A DNA stretch of 64,000 nt, from assembly GCA_038245905.1 (NCBI GenBank), contig JBBRRY010000017.1, positions 14,608 to 78,607 on the forward strand. The letters run 5' to 3'. The position numbers were made by a program, and so were the translations under genes. Shown here in pieces: positions 58,363 to 64,000 of this stretch; position 1 is the first letter of the stretch, and each line of letters opens with the position of its first letter. The stretch comes from Thermoanaerobaculia bacterium (GTDB lineage Bacteria; Acidobacteriota; Thermoanaerobaculia; UBA5066). The notes beneath the pieces are model-generated. The model made no database searches and had not been told where the DNA came from. It was given only the letters and a program-made list of their open reading frames with translations.

Positions 58363-59642
58363 GCGGCCTCCCGGGACGCCTCGGGCACCACGGTCACGAC
58401 CGACCGGCGCGCAGGCACGAGAAGGCGCGAGGCGGCCTCCCGGACGGTGGCCGCGTCCAGCGCGAGGACGGCCTCGACGTCGCGCGGGAACAGGCCGGGA
58501 TCCCCGTCGTAGACGCCATACTCGGACAGCAGGAAGGCGATGGCCTGCGTCGTCTGCGTGGCACGGACGGCACTCGCGAGGACCATCCGCCGGACCCTTT
58601 CCATCTCGCGCGGCGTGGGGCCGTCGGCGGCGAAACGTTCGAGGTCGAGAAGGATCTCCGCCTCGAGGCGTTCCAGCGTGACACCGGGCCGGGCAAGCGC
58701 GAAGACGCGGAAGAGAGAGGGGCCGCGGCGCTCGTCGAGCGACACCGACAACGAGAGCGCGAGCGAATCGTCCTTCACGAGACGACGCCAGAGCCGGCCC
58801 GATTCGCCCGAGCCGAGGATGCGCTCCACGACCGTGAGCGCGAAGGAGTCGGGATGACGGCGCTCGGTCACCTTGAAGTTGACGTGCAGGGCCGGCACCG
58901 CCGCATGCTTGTCCGTGACCGCGAGGCGCCTCTCGCCGGCGGGGGCGGGCTCCTCGAACCCGAAGCGGGGCGGCGTCTCACGGGCCGGAACATCCGCGAA
59001 GGCGTCCTTCACGCGGCGGAAGGCGTCGGCCGGGTCCACGTCGCCGACCACGGCGAGAAGCGCGTTCCCGGGGGCGTAATACCGGCTGTAGAACTCCCGA
59101 GCGTCGTCGAGAGACGCCGCCCCGAGGTCCTCCATGGATCCGATCACGGAATGCTTGTACGGAAACGCGTCGTACGCGAGGTCGTCCGTCGCCTCGAAGG
59201 ACGAGGCGTAGGGTTGGTTGTCCACGCGCATTCTCTTCTCTTCCTTCACGGCCTCCCGTTGGTTGTCGAGCTTTTCCTGCGTCAGGACGAGAGATCGCAT
59301 CCGGTCGGATTCGAGGAAGAGGCCGAGGTCGATGCATTCGGCGGGAAGAGTCTCGAAATAGTTCGTCCGGTCCTCGGACGTCGTTCCGTTCATCGAGCCG
59401 CCTGCCTCGGCCACGAGGCGGAAGTGCTCGCCCTTGCCGACGTTCTCCGAGCCCTCGAACATGAGGTGCTCGAACAGGTGCGCGAATCCGGTCTTTCCGG
59501 CCGGTTCGACCCGGCTTCCGACGTCGTACGTCACGTCCACCGTAACGAGAGGGATTCCGCGCTGCGGAGACACGACGACCGTGAGTCCGTTTGCAAGGCG
59601 TTCGACGTGAAACGGGATTTCGAGATCGAGGGAAGAACTGAT
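58359..59642 (-). CDS. M16 family zinc peptidase, catalytic subunit (probable ATC start)
   Basis: GFAHLFEHLMF (HxxEH) and NGTTSEDRTNY; conserved LANGLTVVV lies upstream of the first canonical start (59573); AGGAGG 5 nt before ATC at 59642. Confidence 0.85.
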   Translation of the reverse strand: MSSSLDLEIPFHVERLANGLTVVVSPQRGIPLVTVDVTYDVGSRVEPAGKTGFAHLFEHLMFEGSENVGKGEHFRLVAEAGGSMNGTTSEDRTNYFETLPAECIDLGLFLESDRMRSLVLTQEKLDNQREAVKEEKRMRVDNQPYASSFEATDDLAYDAFPYKHSVIGSMEDLGAASLDDAREFYSRYYAPGNALLAVVGDVDPADAFRRVKDAFADVPARETPPRFGFEEPAPAGERRLAVTDKHAAVPALHVNFKVTERRHPDSFALTVVERILGSGESGRLWRRLVKDDSLALSLSVSLDERRGPSLFRVFALARPGVTLERLEAEILLDLERFAADGPTPREMERVRRMVLASAVRATQTTQAIAFLLSEYGVYDGDPGLFPRDVEAVLALDAATVREAASRLLVPARRSVVTVVPEASREAA

Positions 59643-59692
59643 GGGAACCTCCTGGTGAAGCCCCGAGGGGACTCACCCGTAATATAACGATT

Positions 59693-60736
59693 GTGTTGAG
59701 GCGCCGTGCTCTCGCGCTTTTCGCGCTGCTCGCCGTGAGCGTTGTCCCCGCCGCGCGGGGACAGGAAGCGAGCGTCAAAACGGATCCGGACCTCCCGAAA
59801 TTCCGCGTCGAAGCGGTCCTCCACGACTACGAACCGGTCTCGGAAAGGCGTGAGAGGTTCGCGGAGCTCTTCTACGGCGCGCTCTCCGCGGAATGGGCCC
59901 GCGGCGATTTCGCCGCCAAGGCCGAGGTGCGCGGACGCGATGGGCTCTTCCGCCCCTATTACGGCGGGTCCGTCTGGCTGGAAGAAGGCTGGGCCTCTTT
60001 CGCGACGCCGATCGGCGCCGTGAAGGTGGGAAAGCTCGAGCGGGACTTCGGCCTCGTGGACGAGTCCTTCATCGGCACCCTCTTCACCGCGAACGGCGTC
60101 ACGCGCAATCCCGACTGGGGCGCGGGTCTCGAGGGAGAGAAACGGCTCGGGTTCGACACACTCGCCTGGAGCGCCCGCTACTACGGCCAGAACGACCACG
60201 TCGCGTGGGAAGACGACGGCCGCGGCATCGAGTCGGACCCGGGGCGCGTCCTCCGGGACGGCCTCGAGGCGCGGGTCTCCTATCTCGTGAACAATGGCCT
60301 CTGGTCGCTCAAGCCAGCGGTCTCCTTCGCGTCCGCCGCGCTCGAGCAGAAGGACGGCCCCGCGTCTTTTCGAAGGACGGACGGGGCTCTCGACGTGACG
60401 GCGACCTTCGGGCCGATCGCGTTCCTCCTCGAGGGCTTCACGAGGTCGGGAGAGCGGTGCGTCGCGGGAGCACCCTGCCGCCTCGGCTACGACGATGCGA
60501 CGGCTGGCCTCGTGGGATTTCGCGCCGAGTTCCCGACGGTCACCTACCGCTACTTCTACTCGGTCTGGCGCTATCGCGGAGCCGAAGCCACGGAACAGAT
60601 TCATCTGCCCGGTGTCGTGTGGACCCCTCGGAAGGGCCTGGCGGCCACAATCGAGTACAGTGCCCGGTCGATGACGACGCTCTCGGGCACGGAGGTCGTC
60701 AAAGCCTTTCAGTTTGGCCTGTCCGTGGCCTTTTGA
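59693..60736 (+). CDS. putative outer-membrane beta-barrel / porin-like protein
   Basis: Signal peptide; alternating amphipathic strands; C-terminal Phe (FQFGLSVAF). Confidence 0.65.
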   Translation: MLRRRALALFALLAVSVVPAARGQEASVKTDPDLPKFRVEAVLHDYEPVSERRERFAELFYGALSAEWARGDFAAKAEVRGRDGLFRPYYGGSVWLEEGWASFATPIGAVKVGKLERDFGLVDESFIGTLFTANGVTRNPDWGAGLEGEKRLGFDTLAWSARYYGQNDHVAWEDDGRGIESDPGRVLRDGLEARVSYLVNNGLWSLKPAVSFASAALEQKDGPASFRRTDGALDVTATFGPIAFLLEGFTRSGERCVAGAPCRLGYDDATAGLVGFRAEFPTVTYRYFYSVWRYRGAEATEQIHLPGVVWTPRKGLAATIEYSARSMTTLSGTEVVKAFQFGLSVAF

Positions 60737-60793
60737 GGCCATTCACGCCAACGCAATCCTGATTCCTGCGTCTCCCACATTCTCGAGGAGCTG

Positions 60794-62101
60794 ATGAAGA
60801 AAAGGGTCTTGATCATAGGAGTCGTCGTCGCGGTCGCGGCTCTCGCCGGCGCCTTCTTCTACATGCGCCGCGGATCGGCCGAGCCGAAGTACCGGAAGGC
60901 AAAGCTCGACAAGGGCGACGTCGTCGCGACGGTGACGGCCACGGGCACGCTCTCGGCCGTCACGACCGTGAGCGTCGGCAGCCAGGTGTCCGGCATCATC
61001 GCGAAGCTGCACGTCGACTTCAATTCGGTCGTCAAGAAGGGACAGGCTCTCGCCGAGCTCGACCCGACGCCGTTCCAGCAGGGCGTCGAGCAGAGCAAGG
61101 CGAACCTCGACAAGGCGAAGGTCCAGCTCCGCAACGACGAGATCGGCCTGACGCGCGCCAAAAAGCTCTTCGCCGAGCAGCTCATCGCGCAGTCGGATCT
61201 AGACGCCGCGCAGACGACGCGCGACTCGGACGTCGCGACCGTCGCGCAGGTGACGGCGCAGCTGAAGTCGGCCATGACGAACCTGGGGTACACGCGGATC
61301 ATCTCGCCGATCGACGGAGTCGTCGTGAGCCGCAGCTACGACGTCGGCCAGACGGTCGCCGCGTCGTTCCAGGCGCCCACCCTGTTCATGATCGCGCAGG
61401 ACCTCACGAAGATGCAGGTCCTCACGAACATCGACGAGGCCGATGTCGGCCGGATTCGCGTGGGTCAGGTCGCGAGCTTCTCGGTGGACGCGTTTTCCGA
61501 GCAGACATTCAAGGGCTCCGTCTCCCAGATCCGCCTGTCGCCCCAGACCGTCCAGAACGTCGTGACCTATCCCGTCATGCTCGACGTCCCGAACCAGGAC
61601 CTGAAGCTCAAGCCCGGCATGACGGCGAACGTGCTCGTCCCCGTGGACGCGCGCCGCGACGTCCTGCGGGCTCCGAACGCTGCGCTGCGCTTCCGGCCCG
61701 ACCCGGCGGACGTCGCCGGAGGCGAGAAGGGCAAGTCCGCGCCGGCCCCGTCGTCTCCGGCCTCCGCATCCAGCGTGGCCGCTGCGCCGCAGACGGGTGC
61801 TCCCCAGACGGGAGGTCGGGGTCCCGGCGGCCGCGGCGGTTGGTCCGGCGGGGCGGGTGGCGGCGGCCGGCCGGCCGCGTCACGTTCCGGAACGCTCTAC
61901 GTCGAGGTCCCGAACGGCAAGGGCAAGCTCAAGGCCGTCTCGGTCAGGACTCTCATCACGGACGGCAACATGACGGCCATCGAGTCGTCGGACCTCAAGG
62001 AAGGCGACGAGATCATCGTCGGCCTCGCAACCGCGCGCGCGGGCGCGGCGAGTAGTGCCTCGGCCAGTCCGGGGGGCGGCGGCGGGCGCCGGCCCTTCTG
62101 A
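60794..62101 (+). CDS. efflux periplasmic adaptor subunit (MacA/HlyD family)
   Basis: VGSQVSG..VDFNSVVKKGQ, I.SPIDGVV, GQTVAASFQAPTLF, DEADVG and LKPGMTA motifs. Confidence 0.92.
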   Translation: MKKRVLIIGVVVAVAALAGAFFYMRRGSAEPKYRKAKLDKGDVVATVTATGTLSAVTTVSVGSQVSGIIAKLHVDFNSVVKKGQALAELDPTPFQQGVEQSKANLDKAKVQLRNDEIGLTRAKKLFAEQLIAQSDLDAAQTTRDSDVATVAQVTAQLKSAMTNLGYTRIISPIDGVVVSRSYDVGQTVAASFQAPTLFMIAQDLTKMQVLTNIDEADVGRIRVGQVASFSVDAFSEQTFKGSVSQIRLSPQTVQNVVTYPVMLDVPNQDLKLKPGMTANVLVPVDARRDVLRAPNAALRFRPDPADVAGGEKGKSAPAPSSPASASSVAAAPQTGAPQTGGRGPGGRGGWSGGAGGGGRPAASRSGTLYVEVPNGKGKLKAVSVRTLITDGNMTAIESSDLKEGDEIIVGLATARAGAASSASASPGGGGGRRPF

Positions 62102-62109
62102 GCGGGCGG

Positions 62110-62850
62110 GTGATCGTGGCGCAGCACGTCATCGAGATCGAGAACCTCACCCGCGTCTACCAGATGGGGGAGACGGAGGTGCGAGCCCTCGACGGCGTCA
62201 CGCTGAAGGTCGAGCCCGGGGAGTTCCTCGCGGTCATGGGCCCCTCGGGCTCGGGGAAGTCGACGTTCATGAACATCATCGGCTGCCTCGACAGGCCGAC
62301 GTCCGGCCGGTACGTGCTCGAGGGAGTCGACGTGTCGTCCCTCGGGCGCGACGCGCGCGCCGAGATCCGGAACGACAAGATCGGCTTCGTCTTCCAGAAC
62401 TTCAACCTGCTGTCACGCACGGCGGCGGTCGAGAACGTCGAGCTCCCGCTCCTCTACTCGAGGAAGTCGAAGCTCACGGACGAGGAGTCCCATGCGCGCG
62501 CGATGCGGGCGCTCGAGCGTGTCGGCCTCAAGGACCGCTGGGACCACACGTCGGCGCAGCTCTCTGGCGGCCAACAGCAGCGCGTCGCGATCGCGCGGAG
62601 CCTCGTGAACGAGCCCGCGATCCTCCTCGCGGACGAGCCGACGGGAAACCTCGACTCGAAGACGTCCGAGGAGGTCATGGCGATCTTCCAGGGCCTGAAC
62701 GACGAGGGCAAGACCGTCGTCCTCATCACGCACGAGCCGGACATCGCCCAGTTCGCCCGGCGCATCGTCACGTTCCGCGACGGCAAGGTGCTGAGCGACG
62801 TAGCCGTGACGGACCGCAAACGCGCCGTCGCCACCGGGAGGCCCGCATGA
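62110..62850 (+). CDS. ABC transporter ATP-binding protein (MacB/LolD type)
   Basis: GPSGSGKST, LSGGQQQRVAIAR, LADEPTGNLD and ITHE motifs. Confidence 0.94.
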   Translation: MIVAQHVIEIENLTRVYQMGETEVRALDGVTLKVEPGEFLAVMGPSGSGKSTFMNIIGCLDRPTSGRYVLEGVDVSSLGRDARAEIRNDKIGFVFQNFNLLSRTAAVENVELPLLYSRKSKLTDEESHARAMRALERVGLKDRWDHTSAQLSGGQQQRVAIARSLVNEPAILLADEPTGNLDSKTSEEVMAIFQGLNDEGKTVVLITHEPDIAQFARRIVTFRDGKVLSDVAVTDRKRAVATGRPA

Positions 62851-64000
62851 AGAAGTCCGGCAACATCCTGAAGGTCGCGTTCCGGGCGCTCACGCGGAAC
62901 AAGCTGAGGTCGCTCCTGACGGCGCTCGGGATCATCATCGGCGTCGCGTGCGTCATCGCGACGATCGGGATCGGCGAGGGGGCGCGCCTCCAGACCGAGA
63001 ACCAGCTGAAGTCCCTCGGGACGAACTTCCTCATGATCTTCCCCGGGACGACGACGTCGTCGGGCGCCCGGTCGGGCTCGGGGAGCAATTCGAAGCTCTC
63101 GCAGGACGACGTGGAGGCGATCCGGCGCGAGGTGGGGTCCGTCGCCTACGTCTCCGCCACAATCCGGACGGTCGCACAGGTCATCTACGGGAACCAGAAC
63201 TGGTCCACGTCCATTCAGGGCGGCGAGGTCGACTGGCCGCTCATCCGCTCGTGGAACCTCGCGACGGGCCAGTTCTTCACGGACCAGGACAACCGCTCCG
63301 CCTCCAAGGTGTGCGTCCTCGGCAAGACCGTCGCGACGAACCTGTTCGGGGACGAGGACCCGGTCGGCAAGATGATCCGCATCAAGAACATTCCGTTTCG
63401 CGTCACGGGCGTCCTCGAGTCCAAGGGCGGCTCGATGATGGGCCAGGACCAGGACGACATCGTCATCGCCCCCTACGAGACGGTTCGCAAGAAGCTCATG
63501 GGCACGACCGCGGTCGGCGCGATCCTCGCTTCGGCGGCGTCGAACGAGCAGGTCGCGATCGCACAGGACGAGATCACGGCCCTCCTCAGGCAGCGCCACC
63601 GCATCAACAAGGCGGCCGGGCAGGACGACGACTTCATGATGCGCACGCAGACGGAAATGCTGCAGCAGGCCGAGGCGCAGAGCCGCACGATGTCGACGCT
63701 CCTCTGGTCGATCGCGGGTGTCTCGCTCCTCGTCGGCGGGATCGGGATCATGAACATCATGCTCGTCTCGGTGACAGAGCGGACGCGCGAGATCGGCGTT
63801 CGCATGGCGATTGGCGCCAAGGGCGGAGACATCCGGGCCCAGTTCCTCGTGGAGGCCGTCGCGCTCTCGCTCGCGGGCGGTTCCGTCGGGATCGCCCTGG
63901 GGATCGGGATCCAGCGCTTCGTCGCGAAGGTCGCGGGCTGGCCCGTCGCCCTCTCGCCCACCGCGATCGGTCTCGCGTTCGCGTTCTCGGCCGTCGTCGG
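62847..64000 (+). CDS. MacB-family ABC permease (3'-truncated by the window edge)
   Basis: Manual translation from ATG 62847 gives RNKLRSLLTALGIIIGV...SLLVGGIGIMNIMLVSVTERTREIGVRMAIGA; runs off the end. Confidence 0.92.
   Translation, partial: MKKSGNILKVAFRALTRNKLRSLLTALGIIIGVACVIATIGIGEGARLQTENQLKSLGTNFLMIFPGTTTSSGARSGSGSNSKLSQDDVEAIRREVGSVAYVSATIRTVAQVIYGNQNWSTSIQGGEVDWPLIRSWNLATGQFFTDQDNRSASKVCVLGKTVATNLFGDEDPVGKMIRIKNIPFRVTGVLESKGGSMMGQDQDDIVIAPYETVRKKLMGTTAVGAILASAASNEQVAIAQDEITALLRQRHRINKAAGQDDDFMMRTQTEMLQQAEAQSRTMSTLLWSIAGVSLLVGGIGIMNIMLVSVTERTREIGVRMAIGAKGGDIRAQFLVEAVALSLAGGSVGIALGIGIQRFVAKVAGWPVALSPTAIGLAFAFSAVV

Noticed and set aside
60750-60772. ECF-sigma-like promoter (AAC-N16-CGTC) upstream of the efflux operon
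   Set aside because: The match is too short to distinguish from chance without other regulon members.

Overview
GC-rich bacterial chromosomal window. Gene content and protein style suggest Acidobacteriota, possibly Thermoanaerobaculia; this is inference only. Layout: (1) 1-8.6 kb is the end of the spc and alpha ribosomal protein operons (rplF to rplQ, with secY, adk, map, infA and an unlisted rpmJ), ending in an intrinsic terminator. (2) 8.7-14.9 kb holds response regulators, acpS, a FecR/DUF6600-like protein, def and cysS. (3) 14.9-30.6 kb is a translationally coupled aro-his-trp superoperon with four gene fusions (aroD-aroE, hisZ-hisG, hisF-hisIE, trpC-trpF). It is preceded by a 13-codon leader peptide, MIFVARHWHVHHT, and alternative hairpins, which looks like a joint His/Trp attenuator. 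(4) 30.6-64 kb is mixed housekeeping and signalling: RodZ-like, J-domain/TPR, PP2C phosphatases, nuclease-DinG helicase, dacB, two GGDEF proteins, asnS, hybrid kinase, rimO, ribF, an M16 peptidase pair and a MacAB-like ABC exporter. The most striking unexplained signal is a dispersed AT-richer motif of about 26 bp (approx. CCCTCTTnCCTTCnnnGAAATCTTC). About 20 copies were found by eye on both strands, mostly inside coding sequence, often as inverted pairs, and they visibly reshape protein loops. No CRISPR array, rRNA, tRNA or transposase was recognised. All calls come from reading the sequence; no searches were run.
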